Source: Octopus vulgaris (Eukaryota). From it: a DNA stretch of 64,000 bases. A model generated the notes under the pieces. That model was not told the origin of the DNA. It saw only the letters and a list, made by a program, of their open reading frames with translations, and searched no databases. The stretch spans positions 145,018,001 through 145,082,000 of the forward strand of contig OX597815.1 of NCBI GenBank assembly GCA_951406725.2, given 5' to 3'. Numbering within the stretch: position 1 is the first letter of the stretch; each line of letters starts with the position of its first letter. A program made the position numbers and the translations under genes. Of the stretch, positions 26,424-38,884 are shown one piece after another.

Positions 26424-26815
26424 CGTGGTGGTAGTGGTAGTAGTGGTAAGAATGGTAGTGGTGGTGGTGGTGATAGGGATGGTGGTGTTGTGGTAAGGAT
26501 AGTGGTAGTGGTGTTGATAGTGGTTGTGGTGGTAAGGATGGTGGTGGTGGTAAGAATGATGATGGTGGTGGTGGTAAGAATGATGGTGGTCGCATGGTAA
26601 GGATGGTGATGGTGATGGTGGTGGTGGTGGTGGAGGTGTTGGTGGCATGGTAAGGATGGTAGTGGTGGTGGTAAGGTTGATGATGGTGATGATGGTGGTA
26701 AGGATGGTGGCGGTGAGGATGGTGGTGGTGGTGGTGATGGTATCGTAAGGATGGTGATGGTGGTGGTGGTGACGTAAGGATGGTGATGGTTGCAGTGTTA
26801 GTGGTGATGGTGGTG
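26424..26815. repeat. (GGT)n/(GGTAAGGAT) low-complexity tract in the last POLR3B intron
   Basis: Directly visible. Confidence 0.85.
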
Positions 26816-26934
26816 ATATTGCTGACAAAGTTAATAAAAATAGGACTGACTTGAACACTCTTTTTTCCTGATACTCCATGTCCCACTTAATTTAGCAAAA
26901 ATTCTTCATTTTTCTTCCCTTCTGTATCTTCCAG

Positions 26935-27067
26935 GTGCCAGTATTGCAAATCCTCCAAGAATGTTTCCACACTTCTCATGCCATATGCCTGTAAACTACT
27001 GTTTCAAGAACTCCAGTCAATGAACATTATTCCAAGACTTTCTCTAAAGAAGTACAATGAATTATGA
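26935..27067 (+). CDS. POLR3B: POLR3B terminal coding exon, (W)[43 protein letters not shown]
   Basis: Acceptor tctgtatcttccAG (26933-26934), stop TGA at 27065-27067. Carries the conserved C-terminal motif [20 protein letters not shown]. Confidence 0.96.
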
Positions 27068-27162
27068 AGAGTCAATGAGTCGTGCAGTTAAGATCAAGGA
27101 GTTGATGAGTCAGGAGTGAAATGGTTTCTGTTTTTAATGGCATTTTGTTATGACAATATTTG

Positions 27163-27397
27163 ATTAAAGTGGACACATACTACACACACATAAACACATA
27201 TATGATTATATAATCATACACAAACACAATCATACACACACACAATGTACACATACACAAGTAACTCACTAGTATGTTTATACATCATCATTGTTGATAA
27301 TGATGATGTATACACACACATATATGCATATAGATGAGTGTTTGTGTGCATATGTATGTATATGTATGTATGTATGTGTGTATATATATACACACAG

Positions 27398-27477
<80 letters not shown>

Positions 27478-27535
27478 CTACAGATATATATATTGTGTGC
27501 ATGTTTATATAATATGCTGTAAATATGTAAATAAA
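27163..27535 (+). promoter_or_regulatory. Candidate POLR3B polyadenylation signals (ATTAAA 27163-27168; AATAAA 27530-27535)
   Basis: Hexamers about 100 and 460 nt downstream of the stop codon. The AT-rich background makes chance matches likely. Confidence 0.35.
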
Positions 27536-27852
27536 TAATATCAAAATTATCAAAATTCACCATTGTCTCTCTATCACTCTGACCTTTTCTCTCTCTCTCT
27601 TACCTTCCCTCTCTCTCTCTTTCTCTGACAATTTCCTGGGAACATATCCTACTTACCATTCTAGTGCAGACGCAGTGTTGCAAATCAGACTTGCAGACAG
27701 CAGTAATCAGTTATCAAATAGCTTTGTAATCTATATTAACATAACCACAAATGTGTAATTGCATGATTTTCTGGATGTGTGCATGTATTTATGCAAGTGC
27801 AATGTGTGGAAAGAAGAGATGTGTGTATGTATATATAATGTTGATATATATG

Positions 27853-28560
<708 letters not shown>

Positions 28561-29154
28561 CTCTCTAGCTATCTATCCATCTATCAATCTGTGTGTGTGC
28601 ATGCACATGTATTTGTGTGTGTGTGCCCATTCAGGCACATAGAGACAAACGTATTGTCCTAGTTAATATGTGTGTGCACAGAATCCCAGCATCATTTGAT
28701 GAGTGACCTTGCTTAATACATAGAATAGGAGTTAATAGTAACCCGACACTGTGTATCAAGTGTGAACAGCAACTACAGAAATGCTGTAGTGGGATCCGTG
28801 GCAGACTGACATAGAAACAGGAGTTCACATGTGGTAGACATGTGGGTGGTAGGAGTATCTGGATGATGAAATGTGTGAAACAAAAGTTCAGATGTGGATG
28901 CTGTTGAGCTGTGGGCTGCAGGAGAACCTAGAAAATGGAGTGTGAGCCGGATGTGGTTGATGCTGAAGGTTTGTAAATTGGAGGGTTTACAAAACTATGT
29001 TTGTAAGTCAAGGAAATAGATGTGGTTGAGGTACGGGCATTGTGGGCTTGAGGAGTATCTATAAAATGGAGTTCAAATGTGATTGATGTAGAAGAGTCGA
29101 TCTGTGAATGTGTATGGAAACTCGTTATATGTACGTGTGTGTGTGTGTGTGTGT

Positions 29155-29620
29155 ATAGTGATGAGAATTTACAAAAAGACAAAAGACGAAGACGAGTGTG
29201 TAAACAACAAACATATGTATTAGTTTAACGCACGGGAAATGAGAAAGTCTTTTACGTTTCGAGCCTACGCTCTTCGACAGAAAGGAACACAGAGATAAAC
29301 ATGGAGAGAAAATAGAATAAAGTTATAGTGGCTAGCGATCTATAATGGCGAATGTCGGACAAAGGGGTCACACAGGAGAGCTAGGAAGAAGGGGAGATAA
29401 TAATGTAGTGGTGATCCCAAAACGAAGGTGCACGTGCGTGTGTATGTGAGAGCGTGTGGTGACATTGACGTGTGCATGTGCAGGAGTGTGGATGATGTTA
29501 TAGGTGCTAAGAAGTGTCAGTGCTAGTGTGTGTGCTGGTGTGAATGCTGGGAAGTGGTCAGTGCTAGTGTGTGCGGAATGGTGTGATGTGGCGTGGTGTG
29601 GTATGGTAGTGTGGGGTATA
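29155..29620 (-). mobile_element. Penelope-like element terminal repeat fragment with a degenerate hammerhead motif
   Basis: Minus strand reads TTTCTGTCGAAGAGCGTAGGCTCGAAACGTAAAAG, related to 56041-56250. A short end fragment recurs at about 54455-54500. Confidence 0.55.
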
Positions 29621-29766
29621 TATATGTGTTAGATGCATGAAAGCCCTCTAAAGGATAGATGTATCCAAAGACACTCCTGGTATTACCTCAGTACGTATGG
29701 TCCTTGTTATAACGTATACGGTAGTAGGTAATTTAAAGGCAAACCGTGGTTTAATGTATATAAAGA

Positions 29767-29935
29767 CAAGAAAATGGAGAAATAACTAACAATGAGAAGT
29801 GGATCTTTGGTGTTATACAGCCATTATTTAATTAAGATGGGAGTATGATACTATCATACTCCCATCTTAATTAAATAATGGCTTTATAACACCAAAGATC
29901 CACTTCTCATTGTTAGTTATTTCTCCATTTTCTTG
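29767..29935. repeat. Near-perfect palindrome, 84-bp arms, 1-nt spacer
   Basis: Centre GAGTATGATA-C-TATCATACTC at 29851. One mismatch seen between the arms. TA-rich flanks. Confidence 0.95.
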
Positions 29936-29956
29936 ACGTCTTATATATATATATAT

Positions 29957-30643
29957 GGGCCTTACCGAGGCAATGACTAGTGATCGAGACCTTTGGAGGT
30001 ATGCTGTGCTTGAGAAGACCCGACAAGCCGAGTGAGACCATAGCCCGCGGCCTATGCCAGGAGGTGTAACCAGCCCACTCACGAGTACCCCTCATTCATT
30101 GGAGAATAAACTTTGCTTGCGAAGATCTGTTGAGGCAAGTGAAATCAAATCAAAATCGCTGACGTGGCCGATGACAGTACCACTTGATTGGCACTCGTGC
30201 CAGTGGAACGTTAAAAGCTCATCCGAGCGTGATCGTTGCCAGGGCCACGGATTGGCTCCCGTGTCGGTGGCATGTAAAAAGTACTATTCAAGCGTGATCG
30301 TTGCCAGCGTCGTCTTACCGGCACATGTGCCGGTGGGACGTGAAAAACAACATTCGAGCGTGGTCGTTGCCAGTGCTGCCGGACTGGCTCCCGTGTAGGT
30401 AGCATGTAAAAAACACCTTTTGAGCGTGGTCGTTGCCAGAACCGCCTGACTGGCCCTCGTGCCGATGGCACGTAAAAGCACCCACTACACTCTCGGAATG
30501 GTTGGCGTTAGGAAGGGCATCCAACTGTAGAAACTTTGCCAGATTAGATTGAGCTTGGTGCAACCTTCTGGCTCACCAGTGCTTAGACAAACCGTCCAAC
30601 CCATGCCAGCATGGAAAGCGAACTTTAAATGATGATGATGATG
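29957..30643 (+). mobile_element. RTE LINE 3' end (ORF end GLTEAMTSDRDLWRYAVLEKTRQAE*, about five tandem UTR units, (GAT)n tail)
   Basis: Homologous to 11750-12320 but retains its CpG dinucleotides. Confidence 0.85.
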
Positions 30644-32789
30644 TATGTGTGTATGAGTGTGTGAGTATATTTGAGTGAGTGTACATGATTGAATGTATGT
30701 GTGTTTTGATCAGACACATCACTGGTACTCCGTCGGATACGACGAGGAGAGTTCCGGTTGATCCAATCAACAGAACAGCCTGCTTGTGAAGTTAACGTGT
30801 AAGTAGTTGAGCACTCCCAGACACACGTGCCCTTAACGTGGTTCCCAGGGAGACATGTCTGGCCCAGTGAATTACAGGTACAATTCATTTATGCCAGCTG
30901 AGTGGACTGGAGCAATACGAAATAAAGTGTCTTGCTCAAGGAGACAATACACCACTGAGAATTGAACTCACGACTTCACGATCGTGAACCAAGTACCCTA
31001 ATCACTAATTTATCAAAGTTACTAGGCCGGCCTTTGATGGAGCAGCTTCCGTTAGAATTTATCATTTTCTGTCACATCACATTGCCTTTTTGTGAAAATA
31101 ATCTTCAATGTTAAAGGTTTCCGTTGGAAATCTTCGATTCCAGGCGATGTATTATCTCCTTGAGCAAGACACTTTACTTCACGTTGCTCGAGTCTACTCA
31201 GCTGGTAAAAATGAGTCGTACCTGTATTTCAAAGAGCCAGCCTAGTCACATAGTGTGTCACGTTGAATCTCCCTGAGAACTGCGTTAAGGGTACGTGTGT
31301 CTGGTGGAATGTTCAGCCACTGGCACGTTAATTTCACGGGATCGGATCAACTGAAACGCTCGCCGTCGTAACCGACGGAATGCCATTTTTTTTTTCTAAT
31401 TTAGGCACAAGGCCAGCAAAAATGTGGGAAGGGATTAGTTGATAGGATCAACCCTAGTATTTCACTGGTAATGGTAAGCTACTTTATTGACCCCCGGAGG
31501 GATAAAAAACAACATTGACTTCAGCAGAGTTTGAACTCAAAACGTAAAGAACCGAAAGATGTACTGCAAACTATTTTTTGCAATGCTCTAAGAACTGTGC
31601 CAATCCACCGTTCTAGTCCAATCACAAATAAAGGTAGGTTCTCCGATGAATAATGTGGCAGGACGAGTAAGGCCGGCTCAGCAGTCAGAAGGTTGGGAGA
31701 GCAATTGTGGAATAACAAATCTCTGTCAGCTCAAATGAACTGTAATAGTTGTTAGTCTGCAGTATTATACAGATTGGAAACATCGACATCGTGCTGCAAA
31801 ATTGCGTGCATTGATGAATATCAGATATAAAGACAGGGTCAGGAATACCATCATCCAAAGAAACCCAGGTACCCTAGTATGGAAGAGATTAATAGTTTGC
31901 CCATCGTTGTCGACGATTATCAACGACTTCACGCGGGAGAACAAGACGGGTCACAGTGTCTCCGACTGTGGCCTATCAGTTCGGTGCGTTCTCGGAATGC
32001 TCTGCCATTGGTCGGGCACCGGTCGTCTGCTGGGAGTGATGGTAACTTAGGTAACTTAGCTACATATTTATTTATTTATTTATTTATTTATCTATTTATT
32101 CATCCCAGTGCCGCCTGACTGGCTCCCGTGCCGGTGACACATAAAAAGCACCATTTAAGCGTGGTCGTTGCCAGTGCCGCCTGACTGGCCCCCGTGCCGG
32201 TGGTAAGTAAAAAGCACCCACTACACTCTCTTAGTGGGTGGCATTAGGAAGGGTATCCAGCTGTAGAAACCTTGACAGAACAGATTGGAGTTTGGTGCAA
32301 CCTTCTGGCTGGCCATTCCTCAGTCAAACTGTCCAACACACGCCAGCATGGAAAGCGGACGTTAAAAGATGATGCTGATGATGAACATAAAGAGAGACAA
32401 GTGTATTTTGCTTGTACTTCAAAAAAATTATGTTGTTTCGTTTTGTAGCTGATTTTTTGAATAACTCGAGCCGAGGCTTCAGCCGAACTCTCTCCTTGTT
32501 TGACCGTGCGACGAGCGATGCGTGAGGAGTTTCTGAGGTTAATACGAGTCACGGAATGTCTTTCGATTGCCAATTTCTCGTCTATTGTCGCAGGTCATGT
32601 AGACGATTGCAATGCCAGTCAAACTGACGGGTTTCCCTAATCAAGATTCACAAAAGTGTAATTTGTTCAGGCGAAGTCGAAAGAACTCCAAAAGCAAAGA
32701 CATTTTTTGTTTTGCATTTTATTCCCTACTACCGACCTGTTTTCCAATTGTGGTGGCATTTCTTTTATTTTCAGGGCTCCAGGGTTTCA

Positions 32790-33010
32790 CCGTTATAAGA
32801 GTGAGGCGCTAAACAAGAGTTGGCATGTGACTTACTGCTATGGACGCCAATGCATGGCCATACTCGAGCAGGTTGTCCGATCAAAACGTATGTAGATCAG
32901 TTCACCAGAGATACTGGATACCTCTCTGAAGATCTCCCTCAATTAATGCAGGACCGCGATAGATGGCATGCGAAGGTTATAAATGTCCGAGCAAACTCGA
33001 CCAGATGATA
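32790..33010 (+). mobile_element. 3' fragment of a second RTE family
   Basis: ORF 32820-33008 DLLLWTPMHGHTRAGCPIKTYVDQ..DTG..LPQLMQDRDRW resembles an RTE C-terminus. Confidence 0.65.
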
Positions 33011-33860
33011 ACTTGTTCATTTATAATTTCTGTTTTTATTTATTGTTTTTAACTTTTTCTGGTCTTTCTTCTTGCAACCATCTGCCAAGGACAAGGTCTG
33101 ACAATGGCTATTATTGAATGGTAAAATGCGTTGCCTTAGCGGGGAAAAAAGACCTTCCCGCCAAAAAACAACCAAAAACAAAAACAAAAATAACATTTGT
33201 AACATTCGTTTCGTTTTTGATCCCCTGAGAGGGGTTTGAATTACCCGAAATCTGACCCAGCTGAGTCGCCAATTAAGTAGAGAGAGAGAGAGAGAGAGAC
33301 TTCAACATGAGCAGCCACCCTTCTCACTTAACATCAACTTTCTAAGCGTTGTAATTCCTTGCGTGGAATGTGTCTACTTTGCAGACTTCTGAAAACATTT
33401 TAAGGAAATCTTTCTTCTTGTGCTGTGTTTATTGTTGGGTGGTGGGGATGGGAACTGGGGCGGGCGTCGAGGGTGTAGAAAATGGGTGGGGGTGACAGCA
33501 AAGGGGTGGAGGGATGACAGTGGGGGATGATAGCAGTAGTAACGGTTATGGGGGACCATGGTGGTGATGGTGGTAACTGCGATAACGATGGTGGTGGAAT
33601 GACGGTGGTAATAGTGATGGTGGTGGTGGGAGTTGTAAGCGGTGGTAACGTTAATCCTCACCCCCACCCGGTTCTCATTTTATTCTCCTCAGTCTGCAAG
33701 ACATATATCTCGAAGGAAGTATGACAATACACATGACGTGTTGCTTGTTCCAAATAAGGCAACTCAGCTAAACCGTGTATTTATTGTTTGATTTCCGGTG
33801 ACATGTGACCAAGAACTTCCGTACCATTGAAAATGTCATTTCCGGTTAATACAAAGATAA

Positions 33861-36213
33861 CACTGGTCAACAAGTATTTTTCATCAAGCATGTCAAGGTG
33901 TACTTAGTGTAGTTCTTAATGCTGATTTCAAATATACAATTAGTTTTTTGATATCACTTATAGTTTTCAAGATGAGAAAGTTTTTTGGTTTTAGCTCATG
34001 CATTATATAGAAATTCCAATTAATGACGTGTATGCATGTATTTCATTTACATCATGGAAACATACCTTTAAAATAAACTGCATTATTCATTGCTGCATAG
34101 TTCAGATGCAATATTTCATCTTCTTAAATTAACCAATCAAGTTTTATCTGATGAAATAAGTATTTTAATATCTCAAACTGTCCACTCATAATTGGTCTGA
34201 TAAAATATTTCATCATCTCAAATTCAATATAAGTATAACCGTTTGTATCTATTTACTTACTTGCTTTACTGTATTAACAATATCAAGAGAGTGCAGAAAT
34301 CGTTCTGAAGTGTTTTGTTATGTCTGTGGACAATTTATTGTGAAAGCTCAAAAACGTACAATAACACCAGAGATAAAGACGATTTATAAGCTATACGTTG
34401 ACTGTCCTCTTGGAGATCAGGACAAGTCATGGGTACCACGTTTTATTTGCTCAGTTAGCTCAAATGGCTTACGTAACTGGTTCAATATTAAGAAGTCCAT
34501 GCCTTTTGCTATTCCAATGATATGGAGGGAGCCAAAAGACCATTTTAATAACTGTTATTTTTGCAAAGTAAATGTCACATTTCCTATGAAGAATTAACAC
34601 AAAAATGTGTTCCCCAATTTGAATTCTGCAATGAGACCTGTGCCTCACAATAGGAAGACTGCCAATTCCAGTTCCACCAGATGATGATATTGAAACATGA
34701 GATGCTGATACTGACTGTCATGATAGTGCTACTGATGACGATAGCTTTGAACCTCAGAAATTTTCCCAAGCTGAACTGAATGAACTTGTCAGAGGCCTAT
34801 CCCTCTTAAAAAATAAAGCAGAACTGTTGGCATCAAGACTGAAGGAAAAGTATCTGCTTCAGCGCGGTGTTCGTACAACTAATTTTCGGCAGAGAAATGT
34901 GGTTCTACATACGTGTTTTTCTGTTAAAGGCCCGTTTTGCTTTTGCAGTAACATCGATGGACTTTTCGAATGTTTATTATAAAATTCTGATTCTGCAGAG
35001 TGGCGTTTGTTTACTGATTCTTTAAAGCGAAGTTTAAAAGCTGTACTTCTCCATAATGGTAATTTGAAGCCTTCCATTCCCTTTGCACGCTCCGTTCAAA
35101 TTCATGAATCATATAAGAATATGGAACTTTTACTTCATGTCATTGCCTATGAAAGATATTCATGGAAAATATGTGGAGATTTAAAAGTCATTGGAATGTT
35201 AATGGAAATACAGCCAGATTTCACAAAATACACTCGTTCCTTGTGTCTATGGGATAGTTGGACAACTGACAGATATTCGGAATCAAACTAGCAGACAAGA
35301 ACATCATACCAGCCAGGTCTGCCTAACGTCAAGAATACACCTCTTGTAGATCCATGTAATGTCCTATTGCTTCCTTTGTACATAAAGCTTGGACTGATGA
35401 AAGTTTATAAAGACACTAGGGAAGAGAAATGTCAGAAGGTTTGAGTATATTGTAGAAAAGTTACCCAAAATCACACAGGCGAAGCTGAAAGAAGGTATCT
35501 TTGTCAGACCCTCAAATTAGAGAAGTGCTCAAAGATGTCAACTTCAAGACAACACTAGATGAACTGGAACTGCCTGCCTGGAATGTTTTCAATTGGATCT
35601 GTGAGAATTTCTTGGGCAACAAGGAGGCAATGGACTACAAAGATGGCATCAAGAATCTTCTGAGATGTTACTCAGCAATGGGTTGTCGCTTGTCATTGAA
35701 AGTTCACTTCTTGGACTCCCATCTGGATTTCTTCATAGATAACCTTGGAGCAGTGTCTGATGGATATGGTGAAAGATTTCACTAGGACATTAGTGTTATG
35801 GAGAAACGGTACCAAGGCTTCTGGAATTACTGTATACTGGCTGACTACTGCTGGACATTTTACCGTGATCAACCAGATCAGGAACACCACAGGAAATCCA
35901 ATTCACAATGTTTCTAATTCTGTTGTTCTTTGTCTGTTTTGTTTGACCCATTTTCTGTGTATTCACTCTTTGTAGAATGATAGTAATGATTTTTAACTCA
36001 ATAAACTCATTTACTTACTAAAAATAATGTCCTTATTTATTACGTTAATGATTTCATATATACAAATATGTAAATATTTGCATGTATCTACTGGAAAACT
36101 GATACGTGCTGCATACAAATGAAGTGCAATTTTGAAATCAGCATGAAAAATTAGTCTAAAAAATTGGTTTGCATTCATAATGAGTACAATACATTTAATT
36201 TTGTTGACCAGTG
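33861..36213 (+). mobile_element. Full-length, decayed Chapaev3-type (CMC superfamily) DNA transposon, 2353 bp
   Basis: TIRs CACTGGTCAACAA (33861) and TTGTTGACCAGTG (ends 36213), with a 3-bp TAA duplication on both sides. Subterminal inverted motif ATGCTGATTTCAAA (33919-33932 / 36131-36144). Transposase fragments lie inside. Confidence 0.85.
34279..35917 (+). pseudogene. Disrupted Chapaev-type transposase
   Basis: N-terminal Cys-rich FCYVCGQF...GDQDKSW...MPFAIPMIWREPKDH..CYFC. Core WRLFTDS.KRSLKAVLLHNGN, WKICGDLKVI, HIKLGLMK-like segment, SLKVHFLDSHLDFF..NLGAVSD..GERFH. Split over several frames. Confidence 0.85.
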
Positions 36214-36564
36214 TAATCAATGTTCACCATTATTGGCAGCAGGATCGTATTAAGGTCTATTGATGTCCCAAACAGCCCAACAAGAGTTCCGTCTCGACCC
36301 TTTTACTGTCTGATGAGAGTAAAATAATCAATTGAAAAATAATCAGTTTTCCCCCTGGTTGCTCCTTTGGGAGAGACATCGGGTCAAATTCGCTCAGTTA
36401 TATTAATACGTTACGTTTATCAATTCGTTTTGCAAGGTTCCTGATGTGAAATCATGTTGAAACAGATATTGTTGTACTTCGGGATAGTCATTTTATTTAT
36501 TTATTTTTTATTCATTAATTTTTTTGCCAAATAAACACACATACATATATATATATATACATAC

Positions 36565-36616
<52 letters not shown>

Positions 36617-36639
36617 GTATGTATATATATGTATGTATG

Positions 36640-36675
<36 letters not shown>

Positions 36676-36677
36676 TG

Positions 36678-36746
<69 letters not shown>

Positions 36747-36753
36747 GTATACA

Positions 36754-36985
36754 TACTCTTTTACTCTTTTACTTGTTTCAATCATGTGACTGTGGCCATG
36801 CCTGAGCACCGCCTTCAGTCGAGCAAATCGACCCCAGGACTTATTCTTTGTAAACCTAGTACTTATTCTATCGGTCTCTTTTGCCGCACCGCTAAGTTAC
36901 GGGGACTTAAACACACCAGCATCGGTTGTCAAACGATGTTGAGGGGACAAACACAGACACACACATACATACACACAACACGCAC

Positions 36986-37035
<50 letters not shown>

Positions 37036-37198
37036 GACGGGCTTCTTTCAGTTTCCGTCTACCAAATCCACTCACAAGGCTTTGGTCGGCCCGAGGCTAT
37101 AGTAGAAGACACTTACCCAAGGTACCACGCAGTGGGACTGAACCCGGAACTATGTGGTTGGCAAGCAAGCTACTTACCCCACAGACACTCCTACGCCT
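36754..37198 (-). mobile_element. Near full-length SINE family A copy
   Basis: Minus strand: tRNA-like head GGCGTAGGAGTG..GGTAAGTAGCTTGC..CGGGTTCAGTCCC, internal (TG)n, tail ...GGCCACAGTCACATGATTGAAACAAGTAAAAGAGTAAAAGAG. Confidence 0.85.
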
Positions 37199-37516
37199 AT
37201 ATATATTTCTTCACTAGTTTATTACTGTTATTTTACTATTTTAACGCATGTGCATTGTCTGGAAATCTTCCGTCACACATCTGTGACCTCTCCAGCGACA
37301 CTTTTCATTTCCGTGTGTGTTCTTGCTCCACTTACTCCACATTCCGAGTTCAAATTCTGCCTTGGACAGCTATGCCTTTCATCTCTTCGGAATCGATACT
37401 TTAATCACAAGTCAAATATTTGAGTCGATGTCATCGATTAACACCTTTTACTCTAAAATTGATGGCTTTGTAGCAAAACTTGAAACAATTATTTGGTGCT
37501 AAAACTTTCGTCGCAC

Positions 37517-37828
37517 TAGAGGCTCTCAAACTTCTTGGGCCACTGCCTCCCCCATGGACACATAATACCCCTCAGCCCCGCCTATTTTTATGTATAAATA
37601 AATATTTTATATTTTAGTAATATATATATACTCTGAATCATTTGATATTTTGTAATTATGTATACAATATTATAATAATAATATAATAAATTCATAGTGT
37701 TCCCAAGCCACTGCCTTCCTCCCAACGCCTCTTTTTCTCTACCGCCCCCAGTCCCTTTAGGCACCAGCGTCCACCTGGACCGTCTCAATACCCACCGGGG
37801 GCGGTAGCGCCCACTTTGAGAACCTATG
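37517..37828. mobile_element. hAT (Charlie-like) MITE relic
   Basis: Imperfect TIRs TAGAGGCTCTCAAAC and ACTTTGAGAACCTATG around an AT-rich core. No clear 8-bp TSD. Confidence 0.4.
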
Positions 37829-38633
37829 GTCTAAATCCTCCAAGGCATGGCCGCAGTCCAGTGACTGAGGCAAGTAAAAGAAAACCTACCATGTATAACA
37901 CACAAGGCTGTACAACCACCACAGGAGTAGATAATCTGTTATAATCCTTTATATTAGTTTCTAATAGTTTTACATATAATGTGTAGATATATGAGTAAAC
38001 AATAAAGATTAATAGTAATGCGTAAATATATATTTTTAAATGAAAATGGGTGGAGAAAACTTTGCTGTTAAATACCATATCTTATACGCATTATACACAC
38101 CAATAATTTATATCTTGAATTTGGTGAAAAAATATCGTGTATTGTTTTTAACTATTTTTTTATTAAAACAGTTTTTTTTCTTTTTTATTTATTTAAAAAA
38201 AAAATCATCAGCGCCCAAGCGGCTGTGCCCTGTCGTCTCATTCCAATTCATGACTGCTTTTATATCTTTATACAAAGATTTATGAAATAGGTTTGAAACA
38301 AAAGCATAACCAAAATGGATAGATAGAACGTCTGGTCTGATAATATTGCACATAGCGCTTTGTTAAAATAGTCCTTGCAGTGTATTTATTCGCATGTGTT
38401 CACATTTAAAAAAAAAATCGAAATATGGAAAAAAAAAACAATATTCATAGGAGAAGAAATAAAATTAGAATTAATTTTTTTTTCTTCGCTATGTGGTAAG
38501 ACGTCTGCTTCCCAGCCACACGGTTTCAGGCCCAGCCCCATCGTGATGGAATTATACTGCAATCCACTTTCACCATAATAACTAATGGTGTGTATTATGG
38601 TAATCACTCATGCAGACGTCGTAGCAATAACTA

Positions 38634-38884
38634 TTGGGTTGGCGCATAATTATTGCGGCTTTTTTTCAACAAACTTTATTCAACAAAAACAATAACAACA
38701 TGTAACAAAAACATCTTTAAATGATTATTCCGGAGCATATTCACCTTCTTCTTCAATTACTACTTCCCATTTGCTTGGCAGATGGTTAGACCGTCATTTA
38801 AAGATGTTTTTATTAAATATTGTTATCGTTTTTGTTGAATAAAATTTGTTGAAAAGAAGCCGCAATAATTATGCACCAACCCAA
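38634..38884. mobile_element. Mariner-derived fold-back MITE, ~91-bp arms, TA target duplication
   Basis: TA|TTGGGTTGGCGCATAATT...AATTATGCACCAACCCAA|TA. The spacer on the minus strand reads HLPSKWEVVIEEEGEYAPE*, like a mariner transposase C-terminus. Confidence 0.85.
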
